From assembly GCA_040954595.2 (NCBI GenBank), contig CM082582.2, forward strand, positions 5,254,303-5,318,302: a stretch of DNA of 64,000 bases. The letters are read 5' to 3'. The notes beneath the pieces were generated by a model, which saw only the letters and a program-made list of their open reading frames with translations, searched no databases and was not told the DNA's origin. Each line of letters begins with the position of its first letter. The stretch's first letter is position 1. Source of the DNA: Balanoglossus misakiensis. Its lineage: Eukaryota; Animalia; Hemichordata. A program made the position numbers and the translations under genes. This document shows positions 52,989 to 64,000 of this stretch, one piece after another.

Positions 52989-54540
52989 ATGTCTGAAGTG
53001 ATTGTTCATGGGGTACCTTGTTGCGGAAACGACGATTTGACGAAAGATAAATTAACGGCCCACTTCCAAAAGAGGTCAAATGGGGGCGGAGAAGTGTTGG
53101 ACGTCATATACCCATACAGACAGAACCTTGGCACAGCTGTAATTGCCTTTGAGAACAATGGAGGTGGGTATATTATTCATTAACCATACTTCGATTTTAA
53201 CACAACGAGCACTTAAGAATGTTAACAGCAAAATAAACAGCACCGTTTGTCTTTGAACCTGCCTGGACAAATTTCGGTAGTAAATAAAAACTCAAAACAG
53301 TGCACATGCTTGACATCTCAGTGAGTTTACGTACATTTTTACATAATTTTGTTCCTGCAAAACGGCTGAGATGCCCAATGTTTTATTTATGGCGTGTATC
53401 ATTCTGTTATCAAACCCAACTGTTACTTTAACTCAAAGTCAAACGGGCTCGTTTGCAATAGTTATACATATATATGCCATTATCATGCAGGCAAGAAGTT
53501 ATTACATCAGTTCCACTGCATTCACTGTGTGAAAATGTTCTCGAATAAAAATGGAAATTCAATGAACTATATTTGTTTCAGTTGTACAGCAAATACTGGA
53601 GAGAGATCAGGTTTTTGAAAACACGCAATTGCGTGTTGTTCAAAAAATGCCAGAACAAGGAGATGAAGAGTTTGTGGTAAGTGGTACATTACAAGCTCTT
53701 TCGGGGATTGGGTGATTTTTACTGGACACCGTTTTGGTTTTAAATCAGCTGGATTTCCCGGGTTTAGGGGTGTCTACTACATGTTCACTTGAATGTACCA
53801 ATCGTCATATCATCTATACCATTATCATAATGTGCTATCGTCGAGAGCCAGTCAGTCTTTTGAAAAATTTAAGGAATATTTGAACATTTCATTGACATGT
53901 ACGCAAATTTAAGGGACATAACCTGTAACTTTTGGCTTTATGTTCAGTCTTTTTGTTCAGTGTATAAAAAATCTAATATACCCGGTACTCCACTTGTCAA
54001 CATAGCCTGTATGTGTGTGTGTAACGACCATTGTTACTGTTGACAAATTAAGTCTATAGTCCGGACTTGAATTCAAATTTTGCACGATAACAATGCTGAC
54101 TATACACACTTATGTTGTGTTGATAAGCTAAATGCTGGGCATTTCATCGCGATTTAGGACTTTGAACAAGAAACTGCATTAGATACACAAAACAAAAATA
54201 CTGAAAACAAAGCGAAAAGTTCCAGCTAATGGAGCTTCAATGGCAGCTAGTTTCGAATAGATATACCGTTCCGAATATAATTTAACTGATTTTAAACTGT
54301 ATTTGCTTTCCCACTTGGCAGCCTTTCAGTTTGATGAGGGGCGTTGTGTCTGATACTGTAATTCAGTCGATCCAAGGCGAAAAGAAGAAATTCTTCACTG
54401 ACATGGCAAAATCGACAGGCGTGGATTGGGGCACCAGCGTCAAGAATGACAAGGACTACATATTTATTTCGGGGGATTATAGTAAATTTATGAGTGCTGT
54501 GAATTTCATGAAAATCAACACCGGGAAGAAGTTTGACTGA
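52989..54540 (+). CDS. Small RBM43-like protein (PARP14/NMI-type RRM plus a KH-like segment), ~162 aa, 3 coding exons
   Basis: Exons 52989-53163, 53582-53676 and 54322-54540 are phase-compatible (175+95+219 nt). MSEVIVHGVP..KDKLTAHFQKRSNGGGEVLDVIYPYRQNLGTAVIAFE resembles the RBM43 N-terminal RRM (HFQ..GG.V..VIYP). The last exon has a KH-like pattern ending YIFISGDYSKFMSAVNFM. A probable 5'UTR exon has its donor at ~52518. Confidence 0.8.
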
Positions 54541-55736
54541 TTTTTTGGAAAGATTTTGTCAAAGCCGGGTTTTTCGTCTTATCTAGTGCTGGTATTACAT
54601 ACATCAGGGGTGATCAGAAGTGTTCACTAATGGCGGTCATGTCACTAACAAAAATTGGTGTCCACAAAGTTGTGATTCATTATAAGCCGTTTATAGATAC
54701 ACGTTACCTTTACCTGCCATTGCCTTAGTGACGCATCGATTGATGGCCGACATTTAGCCCTGCAGGTCATAGGTTAGGGACGTGGATAGGATTAGTAAAT
54801 CGCGCGTATAATATATTGAATTCTTAGTGAAGGGGAAGTTAGAATTATTACCATTGTTCAGTACAAATGCGAACTTTGGTGCTGCACAACATAAGCTTTG
54901 GTTTCGAGCCAGAATGTCCACGCTTTATTTTAAATGTAATAATATGACAGAACTTCATGACCTCTGCGCGCGATCTGTGCCGTCCAAAATTTGTTTTCAT
55001 TAGTGATGCGGTGTATTCTGCCGCAGTACTTTTACGAGCGTAGCGAAGTGAAGTGGAGTGGATTGTCGTTTGCAGTGGTGTAATGCGAATCGGCTTGGCT
55101 GAGAGCAAGTTAACGACAAAACCAACAATGGCTGACAGATGTTGAAATAATGTTTATTCTACTAACATTATAATTCACTGTTTATCACATTTTGAGCGGT
55201 AGTATATCACGAGGACACAGTGTCAGTGCAACGGCAAGAATGCATTAAAACGGTGGGCTATTGTTTAACATTTGTGTACGTTAATCCTGGATGAATGTCC
55301 CTCCTGGTAGGCACATTTGTCTCAGACGCTATTAAAAGCTGGGTTGTAGTAAAAGGCTTATTAACATGATGTGACGTGAAATATGGCAGATTAACACACA
55401 AGTGTGGTTTGATAACATTTAAATTTAAATTACGACACAGGACAGAATCATGAGAAATTCGCTTCTAGTGTTTTCTAAATATACCGTCCTCGGTCCGGCA
55501 TTGTCGAGGACGTCTCACAGTCTATTTAAAGCCAAGTTCAGATTAAAGGCTTATTTACATGATGTGACGTGAGAGCCAGTTTTTGCATGGCAGATCAACA
55601 AACAAGTGTGGTTTTATCAAATTTAAAATCGAATTTAAATTGCTCTGGGCAGAATCCAGAAATCTTTCTCTGTAACGCGTGTTTCCTACATAATATGATC
55701 TTTCTCGATCCGGCATTGCGTGTGCTTTCTCCAGAA

Positions 55737-56925
55737 TTAACATACTGTGTCCTCTGCAACTGCTGTCAGATGATTACACAGGCAGATGGTGGAGGAGATG
55801 TTGGACATTGGTGATACCTGCGGATCAAACGGAAAATGTTATTGTCAAGCGTGTTCTTTCATTGCTGTTCTGTGGACGAATGTTTTTCATCGTGTGTATT
55901 ACCTCAAATTTCTCTATTTAATTTATTTTTGTTTCGTCAAGTAAACCATAGCTGTAATATTGGCCATGACCTTATATGTAGGCACGTAAAGTTGAAGTGA
56001 CTACGGCTCATGTCAAATGTACCTGCAGTTGCAAGACCAGATGACATGCCATTATTTAACATCTGCACATATATTTTCGTTTTAGAATATTTGCTTTTTT
56101 CATTTTTAACGGAAATAATTCTTGACTGGCACAGAGTAACTTCCAGTTTGTGTTTTTGGTGAGAAAAAATTTCAAATGTAAATTCATTGAAACGATATTT
56201 GTACTTTAGAGAAACACAGAATGACACATCCACGGACAAAATTTTATACCTAAATTAGAAATATATACAGTGGAAAACATTATTATATGATATACTAATG
56301 ACAATTCACGCCCACAAACAGTGAATAGCACGAGTATGAATTCAGCGAATAGAATGTAAAACTTTCAAAAGGAATATAAATGTATAAATGTACCTGACAA
56401 CCATAATTGTCCCAGCTGTCAGTCTGTTCGTTCAAGTATCCGCAAGTAATTTCCTTGACAGTCATTGTGAAATTGACATCTTGCTCTGTACAAAAAATAT
56501 AAACACATTTACTAAGGGAGTTTATCATCTTTAATAGTTCCTTTCAAGTTCAAATAAACGGGAGGGTTAATCACTATACAAAAATTAAAGTAAAATTAGT
56601 ATTATGTATCTTGAAACTTACTTTGGTGAAGTTGAAAGGTCAAATAGTAGTCTCCGGTGTAGAGAAAGTAGTGTTGGGGAATGAAAATACTGGAGGTCTT
56701 TCCAGCCAACTGCACATCCACGGAGAATAGATGACCGTGGTACTCATCTGTATAAACAACCCCCTCGTTAAAGATATGGGCTGTTGTATTACCATACAAT
56801 AAGTTTGAGTTTTCAAGCCATAGTAGTGTGGCGTGGTACAGTCTTGATATCTGCGAATAACAATTACTATTCAAAATACATACATACATACATACATACA
56901 TACATACATACATACATACATACAT

Positions 56926-56976
<51 letters not shown>

Positions 56977-59900
56977 TACATACATACATACATACATACA
57001 TACATACATACATACATACATACATGCATGCATACATACATACATACATACATACATATACATACATACATACATACATACATACATACATACATACATA
57101 CATACATACATACATACATACATACATACATACATACATACATACATACATACATACATACATACATACATACATACATACATACTCACTTACCAAGAAA
57201 TGACATCCATAATAAGTGACATCACCAGTTTCGAGATAAACACCCTCTAGTAATATTTGATTCTTTGTATCACGAAGGTAACTTGAAAATACAAACTCAA
57301 TATCTTCTTTTATGTCTTTAACTAAAACATCATGAGAGAAGAATGCATTTAATGCACACGTTAATAATTGAGGCAGTTTCTAATGATCCGCTCCGCGGCG
57401 CCTCAGAAAACATATGGAAAAGTCTGAACGTATGTAATTTTTTGGTATGTGATTTTGGGCACTAATGGAAGCTGAATTAAACGAGTTTAACTTCTCATAA
57501 TATACTGCACAGCGAAAAGTTTTACTTTTAAACGCGGTATCGTCATTCATTATTGTCAGGGGGGTTAGTGCTTAAGTAACTTGGAAATTTTGTAAAATTG
57601 GAATGACGTTTTATACAATGTACAGTATAATACAAAGTAACAACCAAATGATGAACATTGTAGCAGTGACTTGCTGCATCTTATAGGACCCGTACACGCA
57701 GCCGCAGACGGGACGACACCTTCTCTTTAAGCAAAAATCTGGCCAATCAACACGGAGACGTAATTACCTTTCATCTCGTTGCCTCCTTTGTCCTTAAAAG
57801 ACAAACTAATAACATCACTTTCCGGTACGTTTTGGCCATCATCATTGTTTGTTGATGGAAATGATCTTCTATTTAAGCGTGAAGCCTGTGGAAAGTAGAA
57901 AATACTTTTTTTCATCATTTTCAACAGAAGCCTGATAGTTATACATATATCGATAGCTAAGCATCCACATCTGATTCATTTATGGAACGTTTCACGCCGT
58001 GTATTGCAAAAAGTGAAACTTACGATCCTAATCATCGACTCTCCAGACGTTAAATTGGCGAACAGTATCTCAGCTGGTGGAATTTTCAACCCACTGCCGT
58101 TCCCAAATGGTACAAAGCAGTTGGTAACATTCTCAACATGGCCGACCCCCAAATTCAACGTGACCGACGGTGTACTTATGTCAATAAAACTGCCGCTGGG
58201 GTCAATGTTAATGCTGCGCCCAAGGAAAGTAGCGAGGACGTCGACTGTGTCAAGTATCGTTCTCATCAGCAAATGTGTGCCGTTGTTGTCTCCAGACACT
58301 TGAGCGGCGTCGGCAAAATAGGCGATGCCTGTTTCAATAACCTGTAAGACGTCTGCAAGCGTAACATATGAATTAGTCCAACTTCTGGTGTTAAAATTCA
58401 CCTTACTGTGCATTTACATGTTTTCCCCATTCGAAGATACACGTATGCCAAACGGCCCTCTTCCCCCATACCCATGCCAAAATCACCCGAGTGCCTCATT
58501 TGTCAAAAGACCTCAAAATTGTTACATTGATCATTCAACAAGAGAAACTGTGTATATTTTCATACTGTCAGATCAGTCAAAATGATTCGTCATTGCAATA
58601 ATTTTGAGGGAAGTTGGACCACGCATGCCGCTTAATGTATAATTGAGACACAATTAATTAAATAACTGATGTTGTTAAGGATATTGATGTCAAAAGTTTC
58701 TGACAGAAACATTCTAAATTGTTGACAGAATTCAATGTTCTTCAAATTTACATGAGTTAATTTAAATAGGATAATGCTCAATTAAAATTAACAAATCATA
58801 CGAGCCTCTATTTCATCGATTTGGTTTCAATCACACCAATTTAGCTTAACTTACCTTCACCCATGGCTCGCGTTTCGTCCGGGGATAAAATAAAGTATGG
58901 AAGTCGAAGAATTGTGCTTGATAGCTTTCTCAAATTGTCGATAACCTGATTAAAATGAAACTTTGAATGAATGAACGAACGAATGAACGAACGAACGAAC
59001 GAACGAACGAACGAATGAATGAATGAATGAATGAAGGAAGGAAGGAAGGAAGGAAGGAATGAAGGAAGGAATGAAAGGGGAAGGACTGAGCGAGCGAGTG
59101 AGTGAGTGAGTTGTTGTTTCTCTACTCCTCAAATAATGAGCAGAGTTACATCAATACAAAATAAAAAAGATGAAGAAAGAAGATCACAAGGGGGAAAACT
59201 CGAAATGCGTAAATAAGCGTTCGGTTGTTTCAACACACAGTATCGTTCAGTTCTCAAGGCACCTTTAAACAAAACACTTTCTTGAAGAATTTCTTGTTCA
59301 CCTGGTAACGAAGCGTTTGAACATTGTCGCCTAGAGTGTTAGTAATTAAATCGGCATCATTTGAATTAATAGAGTGCCCCGGAAACGGCAACTTTATATG
59401 CATTATCTAAAGTGTGCTCACATGAATGTCATGAACACTCTACACGTGTGCTTCGTCAACTTGCGCTTCGTCAGCTAAGCCTTGCAATATTTTGCCAAAA
59501 AAACAACACGTTAGATATCATGTTTCATACTAAGTCTTGTTGTGTTTAAACGTAAAAGATCAAAAGAACATGCTGTCGTTGGTGGCACCATACGCGTAAC
59601 CTTATTTCGAAGCCTCATGTGAGTTTGTGAGTGAGGTTGAGTTATTTAGTGAGTGCGTGCGTGCGTGCGTGTGTACAAAGAGAGAAAAGCTTAAAACTGT
59701 GTCAAACTTACTCCCATCCCGCTTACGTTGGCATCTATAGGCCTGGCCACGACTTTGTATTTCCAACAATAAAAATGTAAGTAACGTTAACATTAGCTTG
59801 ATAGTGGGAATGTGATGACTCAATAGTATATGTAACAGACGAAAAACAATACAATACAGACACATACCATAGGGAAGTGAGTTGGGATAAAGAAGGATAC

Positions 59901-62900
59901 AATGTATATGGATGATTCTTTTACGATTGTTTACGATTTAAATGAAACAGTTACTACATGCATATGCTAATTCGAGTAGAACCCAGCGCCAAGAAAGGCA
60001 TCTAGGGTATAGATCTTACCTTTCAATGTTACATTTATTGAACACAACGCTGTGTTTCCAGATGGGTCTACAGCTTCGTAAGACACGACATTAATGCCGA
60101 TGCTGACGTTACTTTCCGTTTGATGGCTACCAGAAACACTGACAATTCCTGAATTATCAGTAGCATGTGGTAATTCCAATGTTGGCAGCACACAACAATT
60201 TTCCATGTATACAGTTGTTTCGACATCTGAAGGACAACTGATGACAGGGTTTTCGGTGTCTGAGAATAAGAAAAAAACAAGAGAGAGGCCTAATTAGCTT
60301 CGTCAAAAAAATAAAAAAAATAAAAAAAATAATGGTCATTTGAGTAACGCTATAGTTGTCGGACAAGGACAGTCAGATGTGTGTTCAAAATTCATAAACC
60401 TACCTGTTACTACCACTGTAAGGGTACAGGAAGCTTCATTAGCAGAAGGGTCGACGGCTTGAAAATGTACGACCGTTTCGCCGATGGCGCCAACTGCAGT
60501 GCTGACAGTTATGTTCGCATACCCAGAATCGTCTGTCACTCCAACAGTAATAAGGTCAGCAAGATTCGCCGTTGCCTTTCCAGAATCCGTGCTGGTCGTC
60601 ATGGTTAAAGGACAGTCGATTGAGGGCGATTCAGTATCTGAACAAAAAAGACGTATAAATTAGAATTTGTTTTCATGATGTTAGGAGGGGCGTACAACTC
60701 CCAGAATGATAAACATCGCTGATCTCACACTTATACTATAATATCACAAAGGAGTACATACAAAATTATGAGCTGCAGTTATGTTATACAAATGTAGAAA
60801 TGATATATGTATAAACCCAAACGTTGCTGTATTTAAGGTCTACAGATATTAACGTACACGAAAAATAACGTAAAAACCTTCTCTATACCATACGGGCTTT
60901 TAATTCATAGACCATTTTGCAAGTATAGGATATGCTATCCTGACCAAATTCAATACCACTCACCTTCCATATTAAAACAGTATGCCTGTTCCCCAGGGGC
61001 AGCCACGTTACTGTATGACACAACTGCAAAAATAATGCATACACGTTAAGTATATGCAAAGGCATAGGATCGACGTTGATAATTAAATGCATTATAACAT
61101 AATTGGAACAATTTTAGAATTCACTTTTGATTATAAAATATCCAGACTAAAACTCTCATAAATTCTAAGATTTTTAAAAATAAGTACAAGTAATTCCAAT
61201 CTTGTTCTATTATATTTTCTTGAAATCGCCATCTTCTGATTATAAGATATCCTTGGAGAGTTTATATTGGAGTTGTCGCAATATTAAATAAATTCATAAA
61301 TTATTAAGCCGAAGGCGAAATTAAAAAAAAACTGTCATCAAATTAGTCGGCATGGTCATGGGTGAAGCCTTCATCTAACAGTGTTTATATTGAAGTTGTT
61401 GCAATATTAAGTACATTAATAAATAATGAAGCTCAAAGATAAATTAAAAACATATTATCAAATTATTAGTCGCCATGGACGAAGTCTTCGGCGGCTTATA
61501 CATTGGGTTCCATCTAATCCGTCCGTAGTCTTTACTTATACACCCTGGGATAATTATCATTTAAAGGGAATGGGTCGTCGCACCGCGTGGGTGTCCGCCC
61601 ATCCTAACGCAAACCCCACTGCAGTCGCCACGACCTACTAGGATCTTCAGTTGCTGTCATGCCCAGTCTACGCTACGGTTGGCTGCTTCGTTCATTCTAA
61701 TAATTACCTAATGTCTGGGATCTGTGGATGAATTGTAATGTTTATAAGCAAACAATCAAACGCGACCAATTTAAGTGGACATAGCACAATGTCACCCTCG
61801 GCAATTTTCATATTCTATTACACGTCCAGACCCATAGGTAAATTCCATTCAATTTGGACCATGTACACGGTATGGCATCATGTAAATTAAAATGGCCACA
61901 ACTGGACAATTATTTTTTATGGTGTTTTTTTGAAGTCCAGGTCCAAAAATGACAATTCAGCATGGTTATAACATAATGCACGTCAATAGAATCCAACATG
62001 GCTGCCGATTTTTTGTGTGCGTGATCCAGTACCCATTGACAAGTTGTCAGGAACGTAGCCCCTTTGCAGAAATGACTGCTATTCCACCATTATGTCTTGT
62101 AATGATATCCTAACCCATTTATCCAGCGGGGACTAAGGCATTGACTATGAATGATTTAATGTGTTTAATTAATTTGTTTAATTAATAACACAAATTGCCA
62201 GTGACACAATTGTGTCCTTCACAAAGAGATGTTGTCAAAGCTTTGGATCCACACTTTAGTTATGTTCACCCTATCGTGTCGCAGTGTCGTTTTATTTAAC
62301 AAGACGTAAATTCTCTTCAATTGGATGATTTCCCCCTGGTCTCCGTCATATTTTACCATGATTGTTCAAACACAGTTTTTATCGATTTCATTTCCACGCT
62401 GCGGTGATTCTACACGTTCAAAATGTTTTCCCAGACCGCATGCTTATAGCTATATGTCTGTTTATTTTACTTACGGCGGACATCGCCTCTTCTGGTAATG
62501 TCAGAGACAGACCAAGCGAATACATTGCCAGTCAAAGTGCCTTCTTTTACCCTGGTTATCTCGTTTCCGGTGAGTTTTGTGGACCATATGTTAAATTCCG
62601 ACAGGGCACCAATGAACGCTTGCTTGTCGTCGAAACCCCCTCCAAAGCTATCTTGTTCCTGTCCGAAAATCAAAAAGCCGCCACCGCCTATGGTGGTTCC
62701 TGCGTGGATACCAAGGCCGGACTCCGCCAAGAGCCCATTGTCGTAGCATTCCCACGCGCCGCCGTCTGATAACCACGACATGCACACGTGATGCCAGGTG
62801 CCATCATTGATGACGATTTCTGTCGCCATCCTTGTATCCTTTACATGGAATGCCATTTTGGTTTCAGAATAACAGATCAGAAATTCGTTTGCAACACTTC

Positions 62901-63697
62901 TGGTTGCATACGATATCACCGCAACCGTGGAAGCAGTTTGTGTGCCCTTTGACCAGATACAAGTAGTTATGGCATTTAGATCAGGGATATACATGTATTG
63001 TGTGATATTTACCATCGTATGCGGGCTGTCAAACTCAAGAATATCGCAATCTGTAAAAAAATAAATAAAAAAATTCATATAAAACATGAAGAAACGTGTT
63101 TCAATTATGCGTGAATTGTGATCGTTACAAGTGGTGTAATTGGAGTGACGAAAAATCATTAGGACTTTCTTGCCAAATATAGCAATACAACTCTATAGGG
63201 TAGTTCGTAGACTAGCCCACTAGTCGCTAAGTGATTTTTAAATCTCAATACTTTTTGTGTTTTCAGTGTTTGTATTGTCTTTATAAATAATTTCAATACT
63301 TTTTTGCGTGCATGCTTTCCATGAGCGTGTTTTTGGTAGTGAGGTGAGTTTCGAAGTTGGGACTGAGCTTGTGGTTTCGGGTAGCGTCGTTCCCTACACA
63401 TAATGAAGCCCTTAGACTTGGAGCAAGCCTAGGTAGTTCGCGAAAAGACACAGTGAAAAGTCACATAGTTATACCAGGAAACCATTCGTGCGGCCTGGAG
63501 AGGAGAAGGATGGCAAGGTGCATACAAAAGTTGAAACGCATAACTTGCAAAAAACGCTAGTATAGTTTCATACAATTCAACTAGTAGATTTATGCAATAC
63601 AATACGTAAAAAAGTTCGAATCGTGTTACCACATACCTGCTTTAGCGTTGCATACCACGGAGAGCCACAGGAACAAGGTGACCACCGGATGAAACAT
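55737..63697 (-). CDS. Predicted secreted pentraxin-HYR-HYR-GAIN/GPS protein (polycystin-1/adhesion-GPCR-like ectodomain without TM)
   Basis: Exons: 63697-63637 (signal peptide MFHPVVTLFLWLSVVCNAKA), 63050-62475 (pentraxin, WHHVCMSW..GQEQDSFGGGF), 60637-60404 and 60259-60020 (HYR, DTESPSIDCP..AVDPSANEASC..V), 59734-59712, 59406-59302, 58945-58855, 58352-58024, 57885-57768, ~57281-57194, 56850-56622, 56485-56394 (CGYLNEQTDSWDNYGCQ), 55817-55737 (VSPMSNISSTICLCNHLTAVAEDTVC*). One phase junction near 57.3-57.8 kb is unresolved, implying a missing small exon or a lesion. Confidence 0.8.
56876..57185. repeat. (TACA)n/(CA)n microsatellite
   Basis: Direct reading. Confidence 0.95.
58964..59110. repeat. 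Compound tetranucleotide microsatellite (GAAT/GAAC/GAAG/GAGT)
   Basis: Direct reading. Confidence 0.9.
63208..63431. mobile_element. Short non-autonomous DNA element with a 9-bp TSD (same family as 18800-19026)
   Basis: ggtagttcg flanks both sides. ctagcccactagtcgct..cctacacataatgaagccc..gacttggagcaag is shared with 18800-19026. Confidence 0.85.
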
Positions 63698-64000
63698 TTT
63701 CCGTGACTTGCTGTCAATGTCCTTCACGAAAGGCATCGACATTCTTTAAGGATAAAGTTTCGAAATCCTAATGCGACACCGTGGAACCATCCGGTGTTAG
63801 TCGCCAGCAAATGTCTTTCTGCGTCACTCAAATCGTCCCTATACTACATCGCCAATCTAAGTAAATAATACTTGGAGGTCTATAATTGCGTTCAGTGTTG
63901 CCTTTAGAGTAATTCTAATTAGCTCCGACAAGCAATTATGAGAATGATAATTGATGTCACACTCGTATTTCGGATGTCGATCTGCATCGCCGCGTATTGG

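Noticed and set aside
26814-55745. Idea that the GPS exon splices over the PARP gene into the 26.8-29.8 kb pentraxin exons
   Set aside because: The possible gtatgt donor after ..AEDT is phase 0, whereas the pentraxin acceptors are phase 1. Joining to 29782 gives an immediate stop.

Overview
AT-rich, intron-containing animal genomic DNA. Gene content and repeats suggest a marine invertebrate deuterostome such as a hemichordate, which is an inference. By manual GT-AG and phase analysis the window is a compact cluster of innate-immunity-type genes. (1) Two tandem + strand Ig-superfamily receptor genes: a partial one at ~10.1-13.4 kb with Glu in its TM helix, and a complete 8-exon one at 15293-21097 with tandem ITIMs and a canonical kB site plus TATA box upstream. 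(2) A degenerate - strand block of three pentraxin exons plus a duplicated PARP exon (26.1-29.8 kb). (3) A complete PARP14-like gene (RRM/KH-3 macrodomains-WWE-ART; 32235-52191, -). (4) A small RBM43-like RRM(+KH-like) gene head-to-head with the PARP gene (52989-54540, +). (5) An apparently secreted signal peptide-pentraxin-HYR-HYR-GAIN/GPS protein that stops 9 residues after its GPS cleavage site (55737-63697, -). Repeats include nested Harbinger-type and Kolobok-type MITEs, three TAG..CTA elements with 9-bp TSDs, an L1/Tx1 LINE fragment, local duplications, foldbacks and microsatellites. All exon models were hand-derived without transcript evidence.
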